The notes under the pieces are model-generated. The model was not told the DNA's origin and made no database searches. It saw only the letters and a program-made list of their open reading frames with translations. The position numbers were made by a program, and so were the translations under genes. DNA of 64,000 nt from Bugula neritina (lineage: Eukaryota > Animalia > Bryozoa), in NCBI GenBank assembly GCA_964035545.1, contig OZ037772.1:11034818-11098817 (forward strand), in the 5' to 3' direction. This document shows positions 37,301-51,550 of this stretch, in pieces. The stretch's first letter is position 1. Each line of letters begins with the position of its first letter.

Positions 37301-40300
37301 ACAGCAACTTCTTCAACAGCAACAGCAGCTGCTGTCCCAGCACTCTGCAACCCCTCAGATGTGGGGTCAGAGCCCCCTAGCAGGTAGGTTTACAGATTGT
37401 ATCTCACAAAGTGTAGTAACATCTGTATAAGCAGAAAAGATGAAAAGCTTTTTCAAATGTTTGTGTTGTACCACTTTTTTAATTGTATGTTTTGGAGTGG
37501 AATTTCTAAACATTCAAACTTTCAAGAAACAGTTACTAATGAGTAAAAGCTGAGTGTTTCCAAATGAAATTGAATTTGTTCTGACATTTTTATTAAATTA
37601 GGTTGCTAGCATTGTTTCAGCGGAAATATTACATTTAGTCACGTTGATTAATGTATTATCTAATCTATAATTGAGTTATTTTTAGTAATCTTCAAACGCT
37701 TTAAATTATTTATTTTATATATCAAATGCCATGTTGGCCCTCAAAAATTTAAATTAAACTTCAAAGATTTTCTGAGTGAAATGAATATTTACAGTTTAAC
37801 TCTAAGTTACAGAAAACGTTTAGTAGACCACACTTATCTTACCTTGCTGTTAGCAGGTATGAATCAGCCAATGGCATCGGCTCCAAGCAGAGGTCCAATG
37901 TCTGCAGATACTGGAACAGCGGACAACTCCCATACGTCTGGGGAAATCACTAGAAAACTGGACAACATATCGCAGCAGGTAAAACTGGCTGTACTCAAGG
38001 ATCTTACATTGTTATAAGTTCATTAAAATGCACTTTGTATGTGCAAGAGCTATGTGTTGAATGTCGGGATAAAAGCTATGCAGCCTTTTTAACTTGTTAG
38101 TTTGATGATAGATCACATTACTTAACTTAGTACACACGCGATATCTCTAGTTTTAACTATTTTTCACAATTTAACTGCCAATGTATATGGATTTCTGACC
38201 TAAATTAATAAATATTATAAACAAATACAACTAGGTACCCAGCCAGGTAGCTATTTTTTGATTTTGTTTAATTTTCTATGTTTTTCATAACTTTTTAGGG
38301 AATTGGGATATACGGACCGTAATGAAAAACTAAATATGACAATGATGTTGTGCTTTACTGTTACAGGACCCCCCTCCCAGCCTTTTTTGCTATGCATAGT
38401 TAGAATCAGCGCATAAAATAACCTTACACAGTTCATTTTCATGAACTTTGGTTTGTGGCCCTACCTTGCTAATGTGTACCAAATGCAGTAAAATAACCCA
38501 TATATAACATCATTCTCTACGTCAGATTGAACGACTACAGACGACTCCAAACAATATTCCCACTATAGAGACAAGAGTTCTGTTAGAGAATCTAACCAGA
38601 ATAATAAAAGACAGCGAGAGACTCAAGACGGAAATAACAGAGAAGTCTAAGAAGATAGAAGAGCAGAATGTGAAGATATCCAGTTTATTAGAAGACAATC
38701 AAAGGTGGGAGGTTATGTTTGACGTGTTACTATTCAGCTGTAATTCTAGGCCGTGTTGCTAGGTAAATGTGTGTTACCATTCAGCTGTAATACTAGAAGC
38801 TGTTAAATTGAAGTAATGCACTTATATGAATCTAGTGTAATATGAGACAGCTTCACAAATATATATTCTGTACCTAATTAGCTGTCTGTATCTCACATGA
38901 AACGAGAAACAGTAAAACTGGAATTTCACAAATTTAGGTTTGGTTTCTAAAACACATAACTTTTGGTTCGAACGTTTGAGTTTCGTATCTAATACACACA
39001 GGCGAACTCAGAACAAGCTTCAATCACACAAAATTTTCTCACTCGCCTACCTTTCTTTTAACGAACTATGTGCAGTATTCAATATTCAGGTTTATACTGT
39101 ATTCAGTACTCAGGTTTATACTGTACTCAGGTTTATACTGTATTCAGTACTCAGGGTTATACTGTATTCAGTACTCAGGTTTATACTGTACTCAGGTTTA
39201 TACTGTATTCAGTACTCAGGTTTATACTGTATCTAGTACACAGGGTTATGCTTTATTCATAGGCATGTAGAACAAAGTAACAACATTCTGGAACAGAGGA
39301 ATGACTCATACAAGCATACAGCCAATCAGAGTCAGAGTAAAATACTACAGTTAGAGGAGGAGAAGGTAGGCAATATTACTGTAGCTAATAGGGAGGAGGG
39401 GTAGCATCCCTCTGTGACTGATCTATAACAGTTCTAAGTCTACACTCTCTATCTTTTAGTATTTATTAATCTTTCTTTTAGATTTTTATATTAGTGAAGT
39501 TGTCTTCTCCTCAAGTTGCATTTTGGTGAAAGTTAAAGCTCTGCATATAAATATTACTTTCTATCAGCCTTCTCTATTTGCAGTTTCTTTAAATATGTTT
39601 CAGCAAGCATTTAGGTGTCTTTGAGTTGTAATTTTCAAATAGAATAATTTCTCAGAAATTACGTTGCAGTATATTTTAAAGCTGTATTTCAGTAGTTATG
39701 TCCCCTGATCAGGGCAGAGTTTGTTTCAAGTCATGTTAATATTCAGAGACAGTTAAATCAAGTAATGACTTGACTGACAAGTTTTTGTTAGAGTACTACT
39801 TGGTATAGTCAAGTTGAATGCACTATAAGTTAGTTACGTAAATATCTATTAATCTATGTGGTTATGACTAATGAGAGTTGTCCTTTCAATAGATGTTTAG
39901 TAATACTAGAGTTATCCTCTTTCTAGAATGAGTTGAGCAGTAAATTGAGTACAGTAATGTCTCAACTTACATCGGCACAGTTGGCAGTATCTGAACTGAG
40001 GAAAACTGAAATAGAGCTCAGGGATGAAGTCACCAGCCTAGCAGGTTAGCTTGTTTCTGCTCTTGTGAAGGAGGAAGGAAAATGTTTTGTTTGGAATTAT
40101 TTGCTTGTTTAGCATAAAATGGTAAATCTGAATCTTTTTCCTCATAAACAGAAGTTGTTAGTAACGGCTCTAAACTATTGGCTATTGAGAGAGTTGCTAT
40201 AGTAACATCGGATAGCATTTGGCAGGAGAAATATATGCAGTAACAATTATTCTAGCAGCTCAGTTATTTATTCTGTTGGTACAAATTCATGTGAACATAT

Positions 40301-43300
40301 GGAAATAGTTCCAATCTGGACGCAGTGCATATTGAAGTAGGAGAAAAACAGCACCATAAGTAGCCTTGACCTTGTAGCTACTTTCTCAGACTATATAACA
40401 TTGCGTAGTGGTGAATAAATGGCAGACAACCCTGACTTAAGATGTTGACTTGTAACTACACTTTATTCTAAATGTGTTGCAGTATCTCTATTCCTAATTC
40501 TCAGCTATTCTGTCTGTCTGTCTGCTCTACCAGCTGCTCTTTATCGTTTCACCATCTTGTTTTATTCTCCAATAGACTCAGAAGTGTTAACCAATCATAT
40601 CTTGCGTTACAAATGTCCGCTTCCATACCAGTTTTTCTTTTTAGTAGTCCTTTTAAACTGAAGCGTTTGACTACTGGTTATCTAAATAGATTTACTGTAT
40701 CTACTTGGTGTACACTCTCTACTGCATAACCTACTAGCATATACCTAGCAGCGGGCAAGTAGCAGCTGTCTTACAGGTTTATCTTAGAACTCCACGTTTT
40801 CTAATTATATTGTTTAGTAATTGATTTATGACAACACCTGGTATGCTTAGCTAATCTTACACTTTACTAATTACTTTCTACGCAAGTATAAACCCTTCTA
40901 TTTGATTAGCAGCGATAGTTTACATGCACAGAACGTTAGTGATCATCACCATGGTAACAATACCTCATCGCAAGCTACTAACACTGTGGTAACTATAGTA
41001 ACAGGTTTAAGACATGAACTAGTTTTAGCTGAAGATTTGTCTACCCGTGTATCCTATGCTGGACTCGGTGAAACTTCTTCTGCCTTTCAAACTTAAATTA
41101 TACTTGAATTAAATAGACTAGCATAATATAAAGTCACTTTGAAGCTGATTGAAAAAATAACAGCCATGGTCTAGTGGATTTGTAAGCACAAGGCCTGTGG
41201 TTTAAATTCTCGTAAAGGTGGTGTTAGGAAGAGCATCCAGTCATAATTGCTCCTGTGTCACACATGAATAAGTCCTTAGCCCGATTTAAAAAGCCCTTTC
41301 AATCAGGGGTTTCTCACAGGGATAGTGACTATTAACTTGCGTGGGTTTTAAAGCCGAGTAGAAATAACCTTTGCATACAGATTAGATCTTGTAAAGCAGA
41401 AAGCAGGCCCTGACTCAGAGTTCAGACTATGTAATCGGTTGCTATGACCTCTACTAACACATTGTAATATATACTACTACAAACATTACTCTACTGTATA
41501 CGTATCATATTATACTCCTGATAGCCATCACCACTGTGCTATGGGAATAATAGAGATGTTATCAGTGCATGTACCATGCATGACACACCTACACCTATAT
41601 GCCATAGTCTTAGAGTCAGTTATAAGAGTTGGCATGATATAGTCTGTTGTAATTTTATCTCTCTGTGTAGTATTTTAGTAAAATTCCTAGTTGCCAAACA
41701 TGAGGTGGAATTTTCTCCTCTTAGGACTTAGGCTATGCTGTCACTAACTAAATGTGTTGTGTTACTATGAAACTTGAGGCTGTAGACTTAATATCACAAT
41801 AACACTTCTAACCTAATATAATTTTACATGATGTAGTGCATTAAAACACAATGCAGTTTAAAGTAATGTATTGCAATTTAAAGTAATGTATGGCAATTTA
41901 AAGTGATGTATTGCATTTTAAAGTTACTTTAAAATACATTAAAGTAAACACAATACATTGTTTTAAATTTTAGAGTAATGTATTGTGATTCAAAAAGATG
42001 TAATGTAGTATGAAGTAATGTAATTTAAAGTAATGCATTGTAATTCAAAGTAATGTATTGTAATTCAAAGTAATAGCCATGTTACAAGACAGATGCTACC
42101 TATTATGTATGCATGGTTGATTAGCTGGAACTCTTAATGTAACCATCCTATACAGCGCATCCTACACAACGCCCACAACATTCTGTTTCATAAAGTAGAG
42201 TAACTTGATGCAGTGCATGCTTAGTTTGAGTTTGTTCAGTGTGCTGTGAATATTTGGTAGTATCAGGTTTAGAAATACTACTTGTAAGCTGTTGGCTCTT
42301 CTAACACTAGTCTAGTACTTGATAGACCTGAGTAATCTGTAGGTGGGTATAGATCAACTGTATGTATATTTATATTATAATTTATTATAATATATTATAA
42401 TGTATTATAATATATTATAATATTATTATTATTATCCGGTATTAGGATTGGTGGTGTACTATGCTTTAGAATTTAGATAAATTGTGTGTGAATTTATATT
42501 AAATTTATTATTATAAATTACCGCATTATAATATAAAATAGTATATATTATGTTATAATGAACTGTATTATATTATATAATAACCTATTGTTGGGTGTTA
42601 GAATTGGTAGTGTGCTATGCTTTAGATTTATATTGTTTTATAATTATGTTACATTGTAATATATTATACTATAATACGTTATATTATTCTAATTAAGTCT
42701 TGAGGGATTCCTGGTCTCTCTGTTTGATGTAATTTTTGTTGAAATATTTAATCTTTGGACATTTTAGTAAACTAAAACTAATATATTGAAGTTGTTTTCT
42801 TTGCAAAACTTCATATAAACTTTTGGTTCAACTTTTTGAAGATAAGTGTAGGTGTTGTTTGCCATTGTTTGTCAACAGTTGGTTTCACTCGTCACAACCT
42901 CCATCAAATGGTTTGTCTTTACCAATTATTAGCAGTAGATTTTAAAAAAATATTAATAGTAAGTTGGGTTAAGGTAAAGCAACATCTCTGTTACCACTTC
43001 TATGCTGTTGAAAATTTATGCTTCCAAAAGAATATAATTCGTGATAGTAATGCAATATATATGCACATATGTGCAGAATTGGATCATAATTTGACAAAGA
43101 AGTTAGCATAATAGTTTAGGAACTGATAAAAGCGGTACTTTTGAAAACTGTGGTGACTGTCAATAAATTGACTCTTAACCACAGACCATAGAGGGCAAAG
43201 TTTAACTAATCATTTATATTATAGTTTATACTATGGATTAAAATATATTCAGCTTTAAAACAAGGTGTGCTGTTGCTATATACATTCAACTGTATGGTAT

Positions 43301-46300
43301 TTTATTCATATTTTAGTTTTATAACTCATTTTGATAAAATTTGTATTTATTTTCAGCTTCCGCATCTTAAAAATAAGATGAAGTTTTGAAGTACTATATA
43401 ATTATTATAATTATTGTACAACTTCTCTCTACTTCTCCCTTGCCAACTTGTGTTATTTCTTTTTAAACTCTACAATTAATAGTTGCATTGATTACATAAC
43501 ATTTTATCAGTGACACCATCACCTCACACTAACTCATGTTTGGCCAGTAATCAGTAGTGAGTGCATCTAATATATATACCTGGTTGTAGTTCTTATACAC
43601 TTACCCCTGCCTTCCTTTTCAAAAGGTTATCCGCAGGAGTTCGTTTTACTTTATTTTATTTTTTTAATTTTAAATAACGTCAACTAAACTACTCATTCCA
43701 AAAAGAGCTTTAAAAGTATCCTCTTGCATCTATTGACTCCTACATTGCGTAATACTCGACACTCCCCCCTCTTAGCTGCTTTACGCTGTCTACACTCCTG
43801 TGGGTGTTGGCTGACTCATCGCCAGGAACTGACTAGTCTACCACACACAGTGCCATTAGATCTGCGACCACCCAAGCTGAAGGCCACACACTGTGGATTA
43901 TTACAAGACAGACAGACCACACAGATACATGCAAACTACCAACTACCTGCACACACCTGATACAATTCCTCCTTATGTAGGGCACTGCTATGTTCTCACA
44001 TGTCACTAGAGCTACCACCACACGTCGCACACCAAACTATGGTTCAGTATCTCTCTACTCTTCAACTGATTCACTTCTTCGTATACTGAGATTCAACTTC
44101 TTTGGTGTATTGGAGGGGGTTGCAGTAGCCTCCATTATAGAAGTCATGGATGCCCGACCTCACTCTAAACTTCCTTTGACTCTGCGTTTCAAACTTCGAG
44201 TTTTACTCAGGGATAAGGATATTCGGACAGGTTGGTTTCAGGGTATTGAGGCGACTCATTCTGTTGATAGTTTCGACTTTTCTACCTCACAGTTCAAGAG
44301 ATCTGCTTTGCCTCGTCTCGTTTGCCATGAATATTTTACTTTTAAGTTTCCCATCATTTCAGGAGTCGTTTCCCCTTTACTTGTATTGTAACCAATGAAT
44401 TTACCTTTATAATTATGATCATTTCTTAACTCTTTAACAAAGTATTACATTGCAGTTTTCTAAATATATTTTCAAAGAACAGTTCTTTGGCATAAATGCT
44501 GCAACATTATTATATATATTATACATAGGAAACTGTATTTCAAATGCATATATTGGTAACCAATTGATTCTTGGTAATAAGTGTTCAAAACATAAATGTA
44601 ATAATTATAACGTTATACTGTAAGTAATTCCTTCATCAAATGAATGCACCAGTTAGGTTCAAAGGAGTACTATTCTGCTTAGCCTGAGTTCTTAATATTT
44701 GTTCTTAGAGCACAAGTATATACATCACAGACAAGATGCAAAACTCTGCAACACAACCTTTATTTACTAAGCTATACAGAACTAATGTATTAGTGATTAC
44801 AGAGGATGTTGGAAAAATGTGCAAAATTTCATCTATTCACTAAGCTATACAGTATTCTGTGTATTAGTCGTTACAGTGGATGTTAGATGCTGCTGTTGTG
44901 AAATATATCAGTGGATCAGTGTGGATTGTATGCTCTATATACTTACTTACATACATAAGGGTCATTTTACTTAATTTAGTACACACTATATGTATATCTC
45001 TAGTTTTTACTTTTTTCACAGTTTAGCAGCTAGTGTAAATAGTTTCTTGCATTAAACTGATAAAATATTAACAAATACAGCTGAATAAATGAGGTTTTCT
45101 AATTTTGCTTGATTTTCTATATTTTTCCCTAATTTTTTAGTAAATTTACTAAAAAATTCAAGCGAAATTAGAAGAAAACCTTGCTTATTCAGCTGTATTT
45201 GTTAATATTTTATCGTTTTAATGGAAGAAACCATATACACATTACCGGCTAAACTGAAAAATAGCTAAAAATTAGAGATATAATGTGTCCTAAATTAAGT
45301 AAAGTTACTCTTATAGTAGTGTGACTAATGATAGTTAGTAGGGATAATATCTCTGGTAACATTGCCGTGTTTTGTTCACAGAGAAGAACGTAGAGGTGCG
45401 AACCACCACTGAGACTCTAAAGACAGAGAGGAGTAAAAGGAGAGAGACTGAGAGTAAACTTAGCTCCTTGGAAGAGGAGGTGACGGAGCTGCGAGACACA
45501 ATCTCTAATCTAAATAAGGTACTCGGGCTATGTTCTTCTGCACTACTCTTGTAATGCTCTGTTATGTAATCATAGCTGTACTCTATTTGCTGTGTGAATA
45601 GAGTTGAGTATCTAGAGTCTAAGCGTAGCTAGGAGATTATAGGTTATTCCATATTTGAGTATTTTTTCTGATCAACGGGGTTGTTAAACCGAAAACATAA
45701 TGGAAGACTTCTAGTTCAAAGAGGTTTCTTGGACCATACTTTTAATGGATGGGCGGTGCCTGCATGTGTGTGGGCGTGTGTTTTTTCTGTGGGTGTGTCA
45801 TGTAACATAAAAGTCATTAACTTGGATTCGATTCATCAACTTTGCAAAAATCAAAATACTTTTTTAACAAATTGAAATTAACTTAAATTGCTTTAATTTC
45901 CTAATAGACTTATAGCTTCATTCAAACATTCTTGAGTTTATGACCTCATTAATGCCTGGAAGCTGTGGAACGGGCCAATGAGCAGCCACTTACAAACCAT
46001 ACCTCAACCTCCCACATTCTAGACTAATGTAGCAGAGGTGTCAACTGTACTTTAGAGGTCTTTGTTCTGTAGACTTTAGCCGAGAGAAAGCAAAGATTTC
46101 TAGAAGAGAGAGAGCAAGCTAAGCAGGAGCTGGCAGAAGTGCAGTCTCAGCACAGCAAGGAGTTATCTGCCCTTAAGAATCGCTACCAGGAGAGGCACCA
46201 CACCGAGTCCAACCAAAGGGTTAGTTTATATCACTATGAATTACAAAGTCCTGCGAGTTACATTACTGCGAGTTACATCACTGCGAGTTACAACTGCCAG

Positions 46301-49300
46301 TGTAGTGCTCTGGGAATGTTGTGTGTTTCCTTTAGCCCGAAGTAGCGTTGGAAAATGTTCAATGCTCTTCTTAATGAAATTTCTACACCTGTATACACCA
46401 CCTGGATATAATACAAGCTTTTGATCTGACATATCTATTGTTTATGTAGTTCCAAAATGTGCTTAGTTTTGCCCACCAATTCACCCTTGTCTAGTTATTT
46501 TATCATGTGCTTAGAATTTAGGGCTATACAGTTTGTTAAAGTTGTTGTACTGAACAGTTAGAAGATCACTACACTGTGGCATCCTATATCTTACTCTCAA
46601 GTAATTGTGGCAGAATACTTTTTCTCAAATAACTTTGCGAGTTATTATCTAATGTTTGCTATATTCACAAATAATAACTATTGTGCCATGATACAGATTT
46701 AAAATATGATATATTTATGCAAACTGCACATGAGTAAGTAGAACAACAAATAGTTTTTGAAATACAGCTCAGTACTTTGATGAAATTTCGTAAGAAATGG
46801 TGTAACTGTAATAGCTAGTATGCCAGCTGCTGCCAGTTTTACTAGAACTTGTTATAGATGGCAGCGCACAGTGAATATACAGGTTCTGGTGTTAAAGCTG
46901 TACTGTATGTATGCTTAAAGAACCAATTGATGATTCCTAGGTAACGGAGTTGGAAGAGGAACTGGAAATAAAGTGGAAATCCAAGATGGCGGATGCATTG
47001 TCTGCTGCAAATAAAGAGAAGGATAAGTTAGTAGGTGAAGTGAGAGAAGAAAAGGAAGTTATTAAGAGTCAAGCATTGAAGTTGAAGGAAAAAGTAATTA
47101 CTTCCTTATTATTCATTTCTCAATTTAAATGAAAATACTTTTAAATTTAATTGTGTTGAGAAATTGGAGTGAAAAGTAACTATTTTGATGTGAATGAATT
47201 TACTAGAGACACTGTATGGTTGGTTGCTATGTTTAGCTTGTGGCACTGAAAGAATTGTATGACGAGAAGTTAGAGGAGCTTCAGTCAAGTCAGGAGGAGG
47301 TGGAGGACCTCTCGCAGTGGAAAGAGAAGGTGGGTTGGACTCCAGGCTAATCATTTTCATTACAAGAAATTTTAAAGTTTTTTTTTGCTTTTTGTTTTTT
47401 TTGTACTGTTTGATGCTCTGAGTTATTATATAATGTATTTTATATTATTTGAAGCCCGAGTTATTATATAATGTAGTTTATATTGTTTGATGCTCTGAGT
47501 TATTATATAATGTAGTTTGAGAAGCTGAAAGAATATACAAAGTCGATGAAGGAGAACTATGATGGGGAAGTGGACGAGTTGGAAGAAATGATAACAAATA
47601 TAAAGCAGAAGGTAAGATATCATTCTCTCGCTCAGTTACTCTCTATTTTAATCACTCACTCACTCACTCACTCACTTACTCACTTACTCACTCACTCACT
47701 CACTCACTTACTCACTCACTCACTCACTTACTTACTTACTCACTCACTCACTCACTCACTTACTCACTCACTTACTCACTCACTCACTCACTCACTCACT
47801 CACTTACTCACTCACTCACTCACGTAGTCAAGCAGTCTCATTCACACAGGAATTTACTTTTCAATTGTGAAATTATTTTGCAGTTAATATTTGCTTGTTT
47901 GCTCATCATGAGTTAGATACTAACTTTTACCAAGTCAATAGACTATTAAAATAGTTGGCGTTTAAATTACAGAAAAGTAGAATCATTTATTCATAAACCT
48001 GAATGGTTAGAGCAGGTATATCAGGTCATAGCTGCTTTAAATTAAACTTGAAATTTGTGTCACCCTTTATTTAGAAATGTGCATACAGTCACCATTAACC
48101 ACTTGCTACATTGTGCCCCTGCTTACTTTAACTTGGTAGATTAGTCTCTTCGTGAAACGTGGCCAAGAAAATTTATTTATCAGGACGTTTGAATAAAATA
48201 AAAAAATGTTCGTCAATTTTCCGGGGTTATATCTTCTATATCTGCCTGGTTAATTTTTTCATCTGTGATTGAAAAGCAAAAAATTTGATAAGGTGATATG
48301 CATGTGTCTTAGAATCTATTCCTAATACTATAATCTTATTGGTTGAAGTTTATATATAAACAACCTTGTTCACATGTACGCATGTGTTTATGTTGTAGAC
48401 TAGAGTCGTCTTCTCTACTTTATCTGGATTATTTGATTCGAATGAAAACTACAGAGGCGCTGACGTCTGCAAGGCCATTAGTGCTACAATCAAGGTTTGT
48501 ACTTTTATTATACCATACGGAGTTGTTCACTCGATAAAAGCTCTGTAGTTTTCCATATTCATATAATATTATCTAGCCTATCTGACAAAAAATATCCAAA
48601 TTGTTTTGAAGTAATCCACTCTTTAGATAGCTAATTTTTTAAAACTATACTTTAATATCATGCTGGAAAAACTAGGTAAAAGTTTCTGTTCTCTACTGTG
48701 CATTTAAAACCTGTTGTGTGGTCCTGTAAATAGTTTGTTCATGGCATGAGAGTTGTCTTCTATCTATGAACTTAAACGATGGCCATAGGTTTGCTAGTCT
48801 TAATAAAGGCCTTTACCTTAGTAGTTTTATATACATTAAATAACTATGTTTATAAGTAAGTTATATGTAGATACATAGCTAGACGTAGAATGATTTATAT
48901 TATATTATGTTCCCATAGTATGCATTAAAGTGGGTATACACTTTACTCATTATCCTGGTAAAAATGTCATCTTATATTTTACATTCTTGAATGGTTGTTT
49001 TTTCTGCCAATAAAGTTATAAATTACAGGCTGATATTTGCTAGCAATCAAAATTTTGTTCAACTACTGCAGCTGGGTTCTTGAATATTCAACTGTGGTAT
49101 GTATTGTATTGGTAGGGACAAAAAGCACCATCTTTTCAGCCACTACAGTCACAGGTGGTAGAGGACAAAGTGTCTACTAAAACAGAAGTCCTAGCACAAC
49201 CGGAGGTTGCTTACAAACTGGGAGAAAATGGTATAGAAAATGTACCAAAAGAATCGGAGGTGGATCCAGAAGTTGCTCATAAATTGGGGGACAAAGGTAT

Positions 49301-50450
49301 AGAAAATGTACCAAAAGAATCAAAAGTTGATCCAGAGGTAGCTCACAAATTGGGGGACAAGGGTATAGAAAATGTACCTAAAGAATCAAAAGTTGATCCA
49401 GAAGTTGCTCATAAATTGGGGGATAAGGGTATAGAGAATGTACCAAAAGAATCAAAAGTTGATCCAGAGGTAGCTCATAAATTGGGGGATAAGGGTATAG
49501 AAAATGTACCTAAAGAATCAAAAGTGGACCCAGAAGTTGCATACAAATTGGGGGATAAGGGTATAGAAAATGTACCAAAAGAAGCAGAAGTGGATCCAGA
49601 GGTTGCTCACAAATTGGGGGACAATGGTATAGAGAATCTACCAAAAGAAGCAAAAGTGGATCCAGAGGTAGCTCACAAATTGGGGGACAAAGGTATAGAG
49701 AATGTACCAAAAGAATCAAAAGTTGATCCAGAGGTTGCTCACAAATTGGGGGATAAGGGTATAGAGAATCTACCAAAGGAAGCAAAAGTTGATCCAGAGG
49801 TTGCTCACAAATTGGGGGATAAGGGTATAGAAAATGTACCTAAAGAATCAAAAGTGGATCCAGAGGTTGCTCACAAATTGGGGGATAACGGTATAGAAAA
49901 TGTACCTAAAGAATCAAAAGTGGATCCAGAGGTTGCTCACAAATTGGGGGATAAGGGTATAGAAAATGTACCTAAAGAATCAAAAGTTGATCCAGAGGTA
50001 GCTCACAAATTGGGGGATAAGGGTATAGAAAATGTACCTAAAGAATCAAAAGTGGACCCAGAAGTTGCTCACAAATTGGGGGATAACGGTATAGAAAATG
50101 TACCAAAGGAAGCAAAAGTTGATCCAGAGGTAGCTCACAAATTGGGGGATAAGGGTATAGAAAATGTACCGAAAGAATCAAAAGTGGATCCAGAAGTTGC
50201 CCACAAACTGGGAGAAGACAGCAACAAAGGTGATTCACATGCATCAAGCAATACAAACCAACAAAGCGACCAGAAGGTTGGGGCTGGAGAAAAAGATGCC
50301 AAAAAGAATGATCTCTTTGGTTCAGATTCTGAAGATGAGTTTGTGAAAGATCTTACAACCCCTAAGTCACCACAGGAAGCAGTAGTTAAAGAAACTCCGC
50401 CCCCTCTTTTTGGAGATGACGATGAGGAAGATTTGGATTGGCTGTCCTAA
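31368..50450 (+). CDS. FKBP15: FK506-binding protein 15 (FKBP15/FKBP133/WAFL), about 22 exons
   Basis: N-terminus [30 protein letters not shown]1-like exons 32376-33212. FKBP domain over 33396-34645 ([52 protein letters not shown]). Also RMAKLG, coiled-coil exons 38527-47611 ([15 protein letters not shown]), [17 protein letters not shown] (48399-48494) and C-terminus [17 protein letters not shown]. The last-exon acceptor is 49116 or 49155. Confidence 0.93.
33677..33969. mobile_element. MITE-like foldback element
   Basis: About 95-bp imperfect inverted arms (CCTGACACACTTCATTTAGGCAGTATTAAA... / ...TTAATACTGCATAAATTAAGTGGGTCAGG). Confidence 0.7.
34776..34986 (-). mobile_element. tRNA-derived SINE copy
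   Basis: Reverse complement of the SINE at 18780 and 19629. Confidence 0.85.
39075..39250. repeat. TACTCAGGTTTATACTG(TATTCAG) minisatellite just upstream of an FKBP15 acceptor
   Basis: About 8 copies in a long and a short unit variant. Confidence 0.9.
41161..41352 (+). mobile_element. tRNA-derived SINE copy with decayed head
   Basis: Body GTTAGGAAGAGCATCCAGTCATAATTGCTCCTGTG...GGTTTCTCACAGGGATAGTGACT is conserved. Confidence 0.8.
44956..45313. mobile_element. AT-rich MITE-like hairpin element
   Basis: Almost the whole length is an imperfect inverted repeat (TAAGGGTCATTTTACTTAATTTAG... / ...CTAAATTAAGTAAAGTTACTCTTA; GATAAAATATTAACAAATACAGCTGAATAA pairs exactly with its reverse complement). 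Confidence 0.75.
47652..47823. repeat. (TCAC)n tetranucleotide microsatellite
   Basis: Directly visible. Confidence 0.95.
49197..50215 (+). repeat. Coding 66-bp (22-aa) tandem repeat, about 15.4 copies, in FKBP15 last exon
   Basis: [22 protein letters not shown] units, in frame, with mostly synonymous or conservative variation. Confidence 0.95.
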
Positions 50451-51550
50451 ACGTCTGGTTTTTATTCTCTTACTTCATACTTACCTTTAGTCACACAAGC
50501 TGTGTATAACTGACTCAGGTCCTGATAGACACAACAATTGTTGATAGCTCTTAGATAGGGCATTGCACGGAAATACACTGAAGTTTTTCTAATTTTTTTA
50601 GCACATTACACACTACTATACATGTATTTATATGGAAAGCAAGTTTGTGCTAAAGGCATATGCTTAACTAGTAACTTAACTTCTTTAGCACTGTTGCTAA
50701 CATTCCTAAAGTAAACTAGGTTTTTGATCATGCATTTTCGCAATAAATACAAATACAAGAAAATCTTTTCTGGTGCTAAAGCTTGTAATTTATATTAAAA
50801 TTACACATTGTCCTTTTTGACTTAATATTGCTTAACTATATTTGTAATTTAAAAATGACACTATTATATAAACTATTTTTATGCAAATAAACTAACATTT
50901 CTAATAATAATTGGCAATGCTTGCTTATAATTTATGATTTTTAGAGAGAATAAGAATTAGATCAAATAAGGAATGTTTGAATGATGTATAATACAAAGCA
51001 AGTCTCAGCAAAACAATGTTGAAAATTTAATTACATAAAACTAGAGCTAGAAGGCAAATAATATGTAGACTTTTATCTAGTATATCAGTAGCCGCATTCA
51101 TTGTTCAGTATCCAGAACTATGCTGTAATAATAGTATTTCTCTTACATCTATTTTAACGGAACTTCCAGAAGCTGGGAAAATGTCTCATTGCCAGACCTA
51201 ATTAAATTTCTCCTAATCTCCTAAAGCTTTCTGCTGTACTGCTTGTTAATTAGGTTATCTAAAAAAGTTGCCAACTATGTTCAGTACACCATTGTTTAGT
51301 TTTACCGCCATAAACCAGCTTTAATATTAAGAATGAGGCGTAGACAAGATTAGTTGTATATCCTAGTCATTAGAGCATAGGATGCAAAGTTATTTCATTA
51401 TAACATGCAGTTCCAGTACCATCTAATCTCCCTCTATGTTTAAACCAGACAGAGCGCTGAACAATCTTATTTTTACTGAATATATTTCATTATATGAAAA
51501 CATAAAACAGGAAACAATGTATAAAATCTATAACACATTACGAGTAGACA

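Noticed and set aside
44055-44395. Selenoprotein or readthrough gene (three in-frame TGA on the - strand)
   Set aside because: No recognisable selenoprotein motif or SECIS; decay of CGA/TGG codons or chance is simpler.
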